From Histomonas meleagridis 2922-C6/04-290x (lineage: Eukaryota; Protista; Parabasalia), in NCBI GenBank assembly GCA_020184695.1, contig JAANOX010000011.1, positions 434,001 through 498,000 on the forward strand: a stretch of DNA of 64,000 nucleotides, in the 5' to 3' direction. The position numbers and the translations under genes were made by a program. Under the pieces are notes generated by a model. It was given only the letters and a program-made list of their open reading frames with translations, made no database searches and was not told where the DNA came from. Positions 9,401-21,000 of the stretch are shown one piece after another (the stretch's first letter is position 1; every line of letters begins with the position of its first letter).

Positions 9401-11332
9401 TGTTTTAATAACATAATGATAAACTTTATCGAAAATATGAACATAAACAATTCGAATAATGAAATTCGAATCTGTAATGAAATGATATTAATTCGAAATT
9501 CATATGAAGAATATAAAATGATATTAAATTCATATCATATTAATATATTTAATGAAATATATCAAATGATAATATGTCTCACTGAATTTATTACGAATTA
9601 TTTATGTTGTCATTATCATTATGAATATACATTTAAAGATTTCCAAACAAAAAACTTCGCGGAGAACTTAAATTTCATATGTTATAAATATGATTTACCT
9701 GAATTAGCATCAAAAATAGCAAATTGTTGGCATATAAAAGATAATGAAACACGTGAAAAGTATTCATTGATATGTTTCAAGTTAGGCAAAAATGAAGAAG
9801 GTTTATTATATGCACCAAATCGAAAAAGAACTACTTCGAAAGTTAGTGCACAACAATCATCGAATTTATCACATAAAATCATTTCATTATTCTCATGTTC
9901 ATTTATATATGAAGATGAATTCATCGCAACACTTAGTAAGACATTTCGAATTCAACCATTTTTATTAGAGTTTACTGATTCATCGAAACTTAAATCTTAT
10001 CATCATAATTATATCAACAAAAACAAACATATAAATTATAAAAACTTAAATAAAAGTTCTCAAAATATCTTAGATAATAAGAAAAATAAAAATAATAATG
10101 ATAATGATCGACCTCGTGTACATTTTAAATTGGAAAATAATGTAAATATTGATAACGTATCAAAAATTTCATTAAATCCATTACCACTAAAGGAATATGA
10201 CTTTTATACACCACATTTCTATTTAAGAATTGTGTCTGTAAGTAAAGGTTTGGAATGTCCGAACCCACAACATGCAAAAATTTTAAGACATTTCTTAAGA
10301 ACTCATTCGAAAGTGAATGATCAAGTGACTTATTTCGTATCTTGTGGTAACTTTCAAAAGGCTTTTAAGTATATGAACTTGCAAACATCAGTACAAGCAA
10401 AATGGAATATATTTTTCGAATCGATTATCATCCCAACTTATTCGTATAATTATCAATCGAGAATGAAATTCCGTATAAGAAAAGATGACCCAAACTTAAG
10501 TTTATATGGTTCATATTTCGAACGACTTTTACAATTTGCAATCAAATATGATTTGTTACATTTGCAACTTGAAATAGAATTAATATTAGAAAGGAATGAA
10601 ATAGTGATACAAACTGCTTATAAATTAGCGATGAATTCTTTAACGCCTCATGAATCTTTAACATTTTTGAACATAATGGCTGACGCAATTAAATCAGAAT
10701 TAAACGCTGACAGCAGTCAAAAGAATTCTAACATCAAAAAACCGCCAAATAAAATATTTTCAAAAGAAGATTTGATGAAATTGAAAAGCGATAACGAATT
10801 ATACATTGAATTTTGTAGGTATTGTAAACAAAACGATATCATTGAATTATCAATGAAAATGTTTCAGTCAAAATTGTATATCGAAACGATCGTCGTGTTC
10901 CTGTTGAAACAATTCCAATTTAAACTTGCATTTAGAATATGTGACAGATTTAAGTTGTCATTACATTCTATTGCGAATAAATTGGCCGACGTTTTATTTA
11001 ATGAGGAAACAGATACAATTTTAAATTTTGTCAAGAAATTAGACGATGAAGCAAATAAAAATGTTTTTGAACCTATAATTAGTACAATGTTAATGAGATT
11101 ATATTATGATTTACAAAATATAAAATTGACAAATGAAATTATTGATAATGCAATCAAAGATAAAGACTTCGAATGTAGGTTACTGTTGCAATTTATGGAT
11201 GTCGAAAAGGCATTCCAATTGGCAAAAGAGGAAAAAATTACACATTTATTACCATTGATTGGTCATATTGCACAATCATTAAATATGGGCGTGGTGGTGA
11301 ATGAAGTAATCAGGACACTGTCAAAGAATTAA
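6419..11332 (+). CDS. Large helical-solenoid protein with spastizin (ZFYVE26/SPG15)-like C-terminus
   Basis: 1637-aa open ORF; FFESIIIP...DPNLSLYGSYFERLLQFAIKYDLLHLQLEIE resembles the spastizin C-terminal region (from memory); no FYVE zinc finger visible. Confidence 0.55.
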   Translation: MDEKLGHPQTFIKQRDKEKFYGASAVRQTMLIRPMQALLFYNTLDISKTKEILLSLFNSTPPFLGNRTTLTGFQWMVHCLLNTYGISTTLNIDQLYIEELKKNTDPKSVEQIRHSKHFSMKEIEFFISFSKQNHPLFEAMIHIFSSSIRSTGYDLIFQKFGIQSFPLLDHEFINRIIPTDLSKITPSVLFENHISYICTDLSKNYQNSLVVSKLFSDVSSEDYVSCLANGSCILNKHFIDIIYKSIFSFFMSNEHLKSLPINSNFPHLYPWILVAVISKRINNNISSILPEIVKYIDQDSSIASNFLVRMNNDLIFMKQLNDITGSIIEWSNLQDCSLPFYLISSNLLSPFNPQFFANLSKTQLSMISDDHRFIDCDFMNSYYAIKDALDLIHIDDENEINVLLNEINEIILAIKKKPTKQSILTSLFSIVFLQEDGKFIFTLTKAQKLLSTILLYSQEPVLNKVLKEALKKMQILRCVTTEDSLESVTISMSSLLVKALLQGDTLIADSVASINSELQSLLNLYKIVNNYKNTKILESSQPPISYCEIGLSFSNKESLNLINETNLSKEVNVLIQNRMKNDKNDILKIIPKFTKLKEITKQITHFTSCEFEPINYKNKNDKMLSTFLDYLNKLIPFLLNSGISNTIFDALTLQHKDIIINLLKKNKFEEAQIISKLYNINIIDFVLQTSINEKDFVYNLFKDYPLLNVTYSILIEKKKPQNVSKIISNYFDKFIQNTETTTNEMNLNDKLENCFKDLTQIDYETIIDISYIINENDFVSIVTKYLPEIDILEFIDKCLVNCYCDVTFYEKVNTLGTIERLHIKPFPPSECLKTLITNQHYNEAKEFLKYYYYEIDTITIIRKEILNELKSDNYPKELFELIRNHQNELIQTLPIKYQTLLEQNQLSHEYKVPNTWDIFTANPILLIKKNINDITNVKTFLTLNETIDFDIEFINMIKTYGITKNDSISMNVIEIHKIIHNFHTVFRNHEKVFQCFNNIMINFIENMNINNSNNEIRICNEMILIRNSYEEYKMILNSYHINIFNEIYQMIICLTEFITNYLCCHYHYEYTFKDFQTKNFAENLNFICYKYDLPELASKIANCWHIKDNETREKYSLICFKLGKNEEGLLYAPNRKRTTSKVSAQQSSNLSHKIISLFSCSFIYEDEFIATLSKTFRIQPFLLEFTDSSKLKSYHHNYINKNKHINYKNLNKSSQNILDNKKNKNNNDNDRPRVHFKLENNVNIDNVSKISLNPLPLKEYDFYTPHFYLRIVSVSKGLECPNPQHAKILRHFLRTHSKVNDQVTYFVSCGNFQKAFKYMNLQTSVQAKWNIFFESIIIPTYSYNYQSRMKFRIRKDDPNLSLYGSYFERLLQFAIKYDLLHLQLEIELILERNEIVIQTAYKLAMNSLTPHESLTFLNIMADAIKSELNADSSQKNSNIKKPPNKIFSKEDLMKLKSDNELYIEFCRYCKQNDIIELSMKMFQSKLYIETIVVFLLKQFQFKLAFRICDRFKLSLHSIANKLADVLFNEETDTILNFVKKLDDEANKNVFEPIISTMLMRLYYDLQNIKLTNEIIDNAIKDKDFECRLLLQFMDVEKAFQLAKEEKITHLLPLIGHIAQSLNMGVVVNEVIRTLSKN

Positions 11333-11520
11333 TAAAATATTATCTTTCTTGTTTATATTTTTTTCAAAAAGATAACTAATTTCAAAAGTGACAGTTGTTT
11401 GATCCTATCGTTTGGGGTACCCTTCAAATTTTACTGTTTGCCAATGGAAAAAACCGCCGATATCGAAACGTTTTTTCTTCAAAACGAGCAAACTTAATCC
11501 CACAAGATAATTTTTGGATG

Positions 11521-13539
11521 ATAATGAATTTCGTGAAAGAATTCACCAAAGTGCATTTTCAATTTATTATAATGAATTTAGTGAAAGAATTCACCAAAGT
11601 GCATTTTCAATTTATTATAATGAATTTAGTGAAAGAATTCACCAAAGTGCATTTTCAATTTATTATAATGAATTTAGTGAAAAGAATTCACCAAAGTGCA
11701 TTTTCAATTTATTATAATGAATTTAGTGAAAGAATTCACAAAGTGCATTTTCAATTTATTATAATGAATTTAGTGAAAAGAATTCACCAAAATGCAATTG
11801 TAATTTATTATAATGAATTTAGTGAAAAGAATTCACCAAAATGCAATTGTAATATATTATAATGAATTTAGTGAAAAGAATTCACCAAAGTGCATTTTCA
11901 ATTTATTATAATGAATTTAGTGAAAAGAATTCACCAAAGTGCATTTTCAATTTATTATAATGAATTTAGTGAAAAGAATTCACCAAAGTGCATTTTCAAT
12001 TTATTATAATGAATTTAGTGAAAAGAATTCACCAAAATGCAATTGTAATTTATTATAATGAATTTAGTGAAAAGAATTCACCAAAATGCAATTGTAATAT
12101 ATTATAATGAATTTAGTGAAAAGAATTCACCAAAGTGCATTTTCAATTTATTATAATGAATTTAGTGAAAAGAATTCACCAAAGTGCATTTTTAATTTTT
12201 TTTTATGAATTTAGTGAAAAGAATTCACCAAAGTGCATTTTCAATTTATTATAATGAATTTAGTGAAAAGAATTCACCAAAGTGCATTTTCAATTTATTA
12301 TAATGAATTTAGTGAAAAGAATTCACCAAAATGCATTTTCAATTTATTATAATGAATTTAGTGAAAAGAATTCACCAAAGTGCATTTTCAATTTATTATA
12401 ATGAATTTAGTGAAAAGAATTCACCAAAATGCAATTGTAATTTATTATAATGAATTTAGTGAAAAGAATTCACCAAAATGCAATTGTAATATATTATAAT
12501 GAATTTAGTGAAAAGAATTCACCAAAGTGCATTTTCAATTTATTATAATGAATTTAGTGAAAAGAATTCACCAAAGTGCATTTTCAATTTATTATAATGA
12601 ATTTAGTGAAAAGAATTCACCAAAGTGCATTTTCAATTTATTATAATGAATTTAGTGAAAAGAATTCACCAAAATGCAATTGTAATTTATTATAATGAAT
12701 TTAGTGAAAAGAATTCACCAAAATGCAATTGTAATATATTATAATGAATTTAGTGAAAAGAATTCACCAAAGTGCATTTTCAATTTATTATAATGAATTT
12801 AGTGAAAAGAATTCACCAAAGTGCATTTTCAATTTATTATAATGAATTTAGTGAAAAGAATTCACCAAAGTGCATTTTCAATTTATTATAATGAATTTAG
12901 TGAAAAGAATTCACCAAAATGCAATTGTAATTTATTATAATGAATTTAGTGAAAAGAATTCACCAAAATGCATTTTCAATTTATTATAATGAATTTAGTG
13001 AAAAGAATTCACCAAAGTGCATTTTCAATTTATTATAATGAATTTAGTGAAAAGAATTCATCAAAGTGCATTTTCAATTTATTATAATGAATTTAGTGAA
13101 AAGAATTCATCAAAGTGCATTTTCAATTTATTATAATGAATTTAGTGAAAGAATTCACAAAGTGCATTTTCAATTTATTATAATGAATTTAGTGAAAGAA
13201 TTCACAAAGTGCATTTTCAATTTATTATAATGAATTTAGTGAAAAGAATTCACCAAAATGCATTTTCAATTTATTATAATGAATTTAGTGAAAAGAATTC
13301 ACCAAAATGCATTTTCAATTTATTATAATGAATTTAGTGAAAAGAATTCATCAAAGTGCATTTTCAATTTATTATAATGAATTTAGTGAAAAGAATTCAC
13401 CAAAGTGCATTTTCAATTTATTATAATGAATTTAGTGAAAAGAATTCACCAAAATGCAATTGTAATTTATTATAATGAATTTAGTGAAAAGAATTCACCA
13501 AAGTGCATTTTCAATTTATTATAATGAATTTAGTGAAAA
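11521..13539 (+). repeat. Tandem minisatellite, 47-49 bp unit, about 41 copies
   Basis: Unit AATGAATTTAGTGAAAAGAATTCACCAAAGTGCATTTTCAATTTATTAT read directly; variant units contain AATGCAATTGTAAT. Confidence 0.97.
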
Positions 13540-16442
13540 CTTATTTGAACTTTTATTGAAATGCATTTCATTCGATTGCTATGCGATTGGTTCACCATTT
13601 TCATTCACGTTATCCTTCGCATCGTATCGCGAGTTGGCTGCAACTTGCACAAAACTTCCTTTCTCGCGCATTTCTCCAATAACATTTTCACTAATTTTCG
13701 CGTAACTGTTATTCGACAAGTTGACTGCGTAAATATGCCCTGCGCCAATAGTGTTCCGCGTGATATCTGCTTTACTTCCATTCGTAACGCGAATCGCCGA
13801 ACGGCCGCATGACTGAAACTTCGAGTTGTTGATCTTGAGGAGTCCCTGGTGATCGACTTCGATGCCGTAGTACGGAAAGTTCATGAAGATGCACGAATCA
13901 ATAACAACATTCAACGATGTGATCTTAATCGCTATTTGCGACGTCTGAAGAATTTTCTTCGAATCGTTGTTCCGCGTCGCACCAACAAATGTACTTCCGC
14001 TAAATTTACTGCTGCGGCACTTTTGGATGTAAACAGAAAAACTTTTGCCGCACGTGTAGAAGTTGCTGTCGCTGACGTTCAGTTCGACGCCTTGACCGTC
14101 GGTCAGAATGGCGCGTTCGCTGCATTTAGTAAAGATGCATTTGTTAACATTAAAAATAGAACTTTGCGTACATTCAATCGCGGAGTAACACTCTTGGCAA
14201 CTAATCCCATTAATATTAAAATTACTATGCTCAAGACCCATAACACAAAATTGCGCATTGTCATTAAAGTCAACTTGTTCTATATTGATATTACTATGAT
14301 CACTTCCAACAATACATTGCGTGTTACGGCGAAAATGACAATTATTTAATGTAATGTTCGCGTTGCCTAACGCTTTCAATGATAACTGATTGAACTCCCA
14401 CGTGCAGTTCGTGAAGCGGCCTTGGCTGTCTTCATTAAATAGAAGCGCCTGTTGCTCTGCTTTGTAGAAGTGCGACCCTGTGGCTTCAAATATGCTATGA
14501 TTAATAGAATGAATTTGTAACGATTTGTTCCCATAAACATTCGAATCTTGCAAACGAATCAAACACGTTTCCTTGTTAAAGATACCAAACTTTTCATTGT
14601 TATAAATGCTCGTTCGAATCGCATGAACTTCTGACCCTTCCATGCAATAAATACCAAATTGCTTGTTCCCGAAGATTTCTGAATCAATAATTCGAACTAA
14701 TGAAATACGGTCTGGAACTTGTTGAACATTATGCATGACGCAAAGTCCGTTTTGTTTGTTGTTACATATGTTACATCGACGAATGTTTAAGCGACAGTTG
14801 GTTTCAACCACAACGCCATTGTCATTATCTTTAATCAAATTATTAATTAATGTCCCAATGCTTCCTTGCGACACGCGAACCCCGCCTTTGTTGTTATATA
14901 TTTCATTGTTATTTAATACAAATTTTTCTGCTGAACGTGCATTAAATCCAAATTCTTTGTTGTTAATGATCTTGTTGCCTGTGATAACACCTTTGCTTCC
15001 CGCTTGTAAGATGATACCACTCGTTTTACACCCATTAATTTGCGACGATTGAATAAGCGGAGTGGCGCCTTCGTGAATAATAACACCAGAGCCAACTTCA
15101 GACTTAATGTTGCATCGTAAAATCATTCCGTGTGAATGAGGACGAAAGACAATCGTAGAATCAATTTGCTTACAGTCAACAATTAAACACGTCGCATCAC
15201 TCCCAACAACAATAGCATTGTTCTCATTCGTTGGCTTATGAAAGATGCACGAATCAAACAAACTCCGACTGAATGGCATCAGCGATGTCGTGGTGTAATT
15301 AGTCGCAAAAGAATTGGCATTGCCGTGACGTAATACGCGCATTGTTCTCTGCTCGAACGCATCCTGCACATGATGAACGTAATATACAATTGTCTAACTC
15401 TAAAACACCAAATGATGAACGCGCACAATATGAATCCCCTGGCGTATTACATGTTAAAGTAATACCAACAATACGACAACAATTCGCTTTAAGAATAACA
15501 CAATCAAAAATAACGGCTTCGATGACTGTGTCTTGCGGATTGGACCGCTCTTCAAATGATCGAATTTCTAAAGAACGATCTAATATAATGGACTCTCTTA
15601 TAAACACCACGATGGAGAATAATGCTTTCACCGGGCATAGATAATGAAATAGCTTCAGAAATGGTTTTGACACTATCAGGAGAATTCGCCTGTGCAATCA
15701 ACATGTCGAACTTTTTCAGAACGAATTTCTTCAAATGTGGATCGATATGAAATAGAATAAATTTGTTCATTGATAGATGCCATTAAATTAGTGTCATCTT
15801 CTTCTTCGTTTGTAACAACAAACTTACTAGGTCGAACTGTACATTGATATTCACCTCCAGATACTTTAGTAATAATTTGTTGTGTTGACACTTGATCATA
15901 ATTGTTATAAAACTGCTCCCTATCTTTAAAGACTTACTAATAAGTTCAGAATATTTTGGAACACCAATAAGTTCATCATCTACTTCTTAAACAAATGTTT
16001 CTTGAAGAATGAAATCAAAAAATTTTTCTGCTTCTCCTACTGCATCAGTCATTTTTTTTTAATTTTTAAAACTATTTTGGCAAAAAACGGTTTCTCTTCA
16101 TTGTCACTTTTATGTTTATTTCTTTATCATTTTTTATTTCGCCATTAAAAATATTATTTATAATATTTCTTTATTATTTGTTCATAAGAAACATTTCAAA
16201 TGGTGTAAATTTTTATAACATTTTTTTGATATTAATTCTTTCTTTATTTTGCATAATACAAATTTGAAGTTTGAGGATAATTTTGATGTATTTTTAACAA
16301 AAGGAAATTGTTTTAAAAAATTTTTAGTATGCCATATACATTTTTATTAAACATTCATTAATACAAACCAGAAAAAACATTACAATAATTTTCATTCAAT
16401 GTCAGTATGTTCACACTGGGAAATATTAAGCTTCTTTCTGTT
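13540..16442 (-). repeat. Left arm of a ~2.9 kb inverted duplication (partner 23476-26374)
   Basis: Reverse complement matches 23476-26374, including the intergenic DNA and the last ~50 nt of gene 22882-23526. Confidence 0.93.
13579..16052 (-). pseudogene. Right-handed parallel beta-helix (PbH1) repeat protein, disrupted copy
   Basis: Inverted near-identical copy of 23863-26335; five single-base insertions and a CAA>TAA change relative to the other copy. Confidence 0.8.
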
Positions 16443-16920
16443 GTCTACTTACAACAATTATGAATCACCAATAACAGTCAAGAACCAGTATATTATAATT
16501 TCTTAAAATATTTTAAGAATTATAAGAAAATCCAAGCATGTCCACAAAATAAATCATTACTCGCAAAATTTTGGGTAAATTCGTATTGGCAGAAACATCA
16601 TATTTCGGCCATAACTTCCTTTTTGATTTTCATTTATGTTGAAATTTGGAAGAGAACCTCGACTCGGACGCTTCCATTGTGATAATAAATCGGAGTATAA
16701 CATTTAGTTTCAACTAGTTGTTTATACTAATATTGAACCACTTATTATACCAATTAAAAGATTATTTGATATTTCACTATTATTTTCATCTGATTCATTT
16801 TCAAGTATAGTGAAGAAATTACTATAATACATGTAATAAGTCGAATATTGATGAATTATATATTCACATGAAATAAAATTAGAATAAACATAAGGATATG
16901 ACGAATTAAAGCATGTAACA

Positions 16921-17460
16921 CTAATTGTATTCGTAAAAATTGATTTGGAAATAATTGCTTGTGTAATAGAATGTTTTGAAATTTATGTTTGAATGAATGT
17001 TACACCAATTTGCAATGAAGCTGTAAATGCATTTAGTAAATACAATACTTTGAGAAAATACATTGGATTTAGTGAATGTATTGGATTGTGAAAATGAATT
17101 TGTTTGTGAAAATGTATTTGATTGTGTAAATGTATGTGTTAGCCAATTATATTGAACACATTCTTCAATAGATGAACCTTTTGATACATTAATTGGACCA
17201 AATGTTTCATCTTCATACAAATCTGATGTCATAGCATATTTTGCTGAAACACCTGAAAATGCATCAGAACTTATACCTGTTGGTGACATGATACCTTTGA
17301 AATAAATACAGTTTAAATTTTTACAATTTTGAAATACAGAACTTCCAATTAAAGTAACTAAATTTGGAATTGTAATATCAATGAATGATGAACAATAACT
17401 AAATTTATTATCTTTAATTGATGTAACTAAATCTGGAATTGTAAAATTTTTAATGATCTA
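16921..17460 (-). pseudogene. Remnant of a BspA-like LRR surface-protein gene with an S/T-rich (SQSNTF) repeat stalk
   Basis: FTIPDLVTSIKDNKFSYC / ITIPNLVTLIGSSVFQNC LRR units upstream of ORF 16921-17289; TFSQTNSFSQSNTF repeats; no intact start or TM anchor. Confidence 0.6.
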
Positions 17461-18047
17461 CACACATAAAATGCATTATATCTAATTGAAGAAAGAGTCT
17501 CTTTTTCTTTATAAAATATTTTAAATGATCGAAGCGTTTCACTATCGGCGCGGATATGAATATTAAAACAAAACAGATCAAGTTTTATTATTAAATTCTA
17601 ATTTTGTCCAAGATATTTGTGTATAATTAAACTCACTTACCGATCAAAAGTATTCAAAGAGTAAGTAACCAACCATTTTTTCGATCGAGGTTGGGTAACT
17701 TTGTGAGTAACCTTTCACTTCTATCGGCTTTTGTTCTCATTCAATATATTCTATGAGATTTATCAATACAAAATTTCATGAAATAAGCAACATGAGTATT
17801 ACTCATTTGAAGATTATTCAGATAATTCTATCCAAGAATCCAATGAAATAATTAAATTTTTATTATTTAATAATGCAAATCATTTTGTGGATCATTCAGA
17901 GATGGATCATTCTCACTTTATATATTCACAATAAATCTTAATCTTGCTTTAAGCAAGTTATTGAACATGTTCAAATGAACGACCGTTTAATAATTGTCAA
18001 AAAAACGATCATCACAATTTTTTTCTCTGGCGGAAAGGGAAACAAAA

Positions 18048-21000
18048 ATGCAAGAAATAGAGATAAAAAATACAAAGACTTTCGAATTAGACATGAAGAA
18101 CATTATTAGTGACAAAAAGTTCTCAACAGGAACTATAATTGAAGATGAACAACGTGTAATAACTTTTCTAAAATCGATCAGAGAATATTTATTATTATTT
18201 CAAAAACAAGGCAAAGACAGTTCATTTTTCAAGCGAAGGAAGGATCCAGATGTTAAATCAATTTTTCAAATACTCCGACGTTTTTTCCAAATACCCAACT
18301 TTCGCAACCTACTCCGCCCAGAAATTCTTGCTGATTTATGCTTAGTGTTTTATTTTTTCCTTCATCCCGATACTTCAAAGACAATTCAAATCCCAGCTCA
18401 ATCCTTATTATTTGATCTTTTTCTACTTATAAAAGATGATTACATTGAAATAGAGATGCCACATATCATTATACCTTTTTATTGTTTTTCAAATAATCGC
18501 GAAATTTTCATTCATCCAATTCCACCCGGTGTATTTCCACTCTCTGACAACAACGTTGAATGTTGCAACAAAGAAGATGGTGTTAAGCTTTTTCAAAGCC
18601 TCATGCAATTTCTTCTTAAAAATTGGAATGAAATGCCAAAACGTTGTTCATTAATTTTTTTCAGCAATGTTCTTTATTACATGTATTCAAATGTTTATAG
18701 GCAAACATTTGGAAATAGTAATCCACAATATTTTACAGAGACACCACCAGAAACCTTAGAGAAAGAAATTTTATATTTCTTCAAGCACTTTATCCAAAAC
18801 GAATGTTATATATCGTATTTGTTTTCATCTGATCCACGTAATCAAGTTGAAGAACCACGAGCAAAATTCTTTTTAAGTGTATTAGTATATATTGGGGAAA
18901 GTGATACATTTGAAGAAGATCAATTAATATTATTAGATTTAATGCAACAAATTATAACCATTCCATCCATAACAGAGCCGATCATAAAGAAAGCGCGGAA
19001 AGGCTTTAATGAGCTTGCGTTTACGGTTTGTAACATGATAACAAGAATATCCAAAAAGAATCCGAGTCAGAATCATCCCGTTTTATTGAAGATTGATGTC
19101 TTCTTTAAGGATTATTTCAAATCGATTTTTAGATTTTATGAACCAGAAAAAGCATCGAAACATATTGCAGATGTCTTTCACAAACAACATTATGAGAAAT
19201 TTACATCAATTTTCATATTATATAACTTCTTAAATTCATTAATTTCTTATGGTAATGATAATTCTATACTATGGAATTGTTTAACAAATCTTGTTACAGA
19301 ATCAGAATTATTATCTGCTGTTGCATCACGTTATGCACAATATTTGGCAGTAGAGTTATGTCCTTATTTGTTTAACTTTGAAGACGCACCATTAATTCAA
19401 GCTTGTGACACAGCAATGCGTAAAAAACTTCGGACTGGACAAGATTCAACATTTGATCCGCAACAATTATTATTAATGATTCAAAGCCCAACTACTTATG
19501 CAGCAGAACTAGGGCCATCATGGGAAAAATATGAAGAACATGTTGATTCATTTAAACTTTTATCTATACCACAAATCCATATTAATGATAAATCGATTTT
19601 ATATGATCGAATTAATATATTTTTATCTGTTTTTGATTGTTATGATAAATTAGAATCGACAATTCAAAGACAATCTGCATTTGCACCTATTTATTCTTTA
19701 TATTATGTCCTTAATGAAATGAATAATTTCCCACCTGAATTAAATTGCGATCAAATTGTTTTATTTAAATATTGTAAGAAGCGATTATTTTATGCAATAT
19801 TAAATCAAAGTGATCTAGATATTCGAAATCATTCATTTCAATTATTATCAAAAATTATTAATCGATTTGATATTCGATATTGTTTATCACAAAATGCGTT
19901 ATATAAATGGATAATTTGTGTATCGATGATGATATTATCTAATAATCAAGATAATAGAGTTTTTGCTATTCGACAAGGAATTCGTTCGATATGTTTTGGT
20001 CTTCCTTTTACTACGATGTTAATACCTTTATTAATGAATGCTATTTTTACATTTAATGTTCAACTTGACAATGAAATATTTGCATTTGTTTCTTCATTAT
20101 CTTTATTTAATCGAAACAATGAAATTAATCCAATCATTATTAATGCTATAAATGAACTTAAGAATAAATATCCACAACATTTTATATCAAATACAAATGA
20201 ATTATTAAAACCATTTCCGACTAATTTTAGGGAATTTATTTTTAATTATATCGAAAAGACTGAATTTAATGATATTCCATTATTATTAAATCTAATTTCG
20301 TCAATGCTTGCGGATGAAATGACGCAAGAGAAAATCGAAGAGAATCACATCCAAATCATTTTAGATATTTTCCTTAAACTTATAAAATTACAAACATTTG
20401 AAGCAGTAATGCTTGATACTGTTATATTTTCATATTGCGAAAAACTTAAAAAAGAATTTCCAAGTCTATTACAGAATTATGTTTCATCTATAATAGAATA
20501 CGTCTCAACTTTAAAACCTGAGAGTTCTAAATGGAGTTATGAAATAATACAATATACGTCACATTTAATTGTGTATTCTTCACCACTTGTAAACCATTTT
20601 GATTTATCGAAATTCATTGATACGATTTCAAAGATTTCTTCAGTATATAAAACAAATGAGAAAATGATACAATTCACTGAACATGTAATCGATTTCATTT
20701 CAACAAATTTCTTAAGTTATCCATTCACAAATGGCCCATGTTTCCCTGTTTCGACTGATAAATATTCTTATGGTGATTTACCTATTTTAACTTCAGCAAA
20801 TAATTTCATTAAGTTTAAATTCGATGACTTCGATAAGTCTTTGATAATGACTTCGCAAACGCAAACTCAAAGATATACTGTGAAATTGGAAAATATTACA
20901 AAAACTTTCATAAATGATCAAAATATTAAACCTTTCGAATTCGCAAAAGATTTGGAAAATTGTGAAAATAAGCAGAAAGAAGAAAATGGTGATTTATCAA

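Noticed and set aside
11395-11862. ORFs running through the minisatellites (also 11514-11717, 13475-13705, 26209-26556, 26535-26774)
   Set aside because: They are translations of the repeat unit with no credible protein features.
11521-13539. CRISPR-like array
   Set aside because: Units are head-to-tail with no unique spacers, there are no cas genes, and the context is eukaryotic.
13849-14349. Antisense or overlapping ORFs in the beta-helix genes (also 25574-26065, 15342-15644) and other short shadow ORFs
   Set aside because: They lie opposite or within better-supported genes in GC-richer sequence and show no recognisable motifs.
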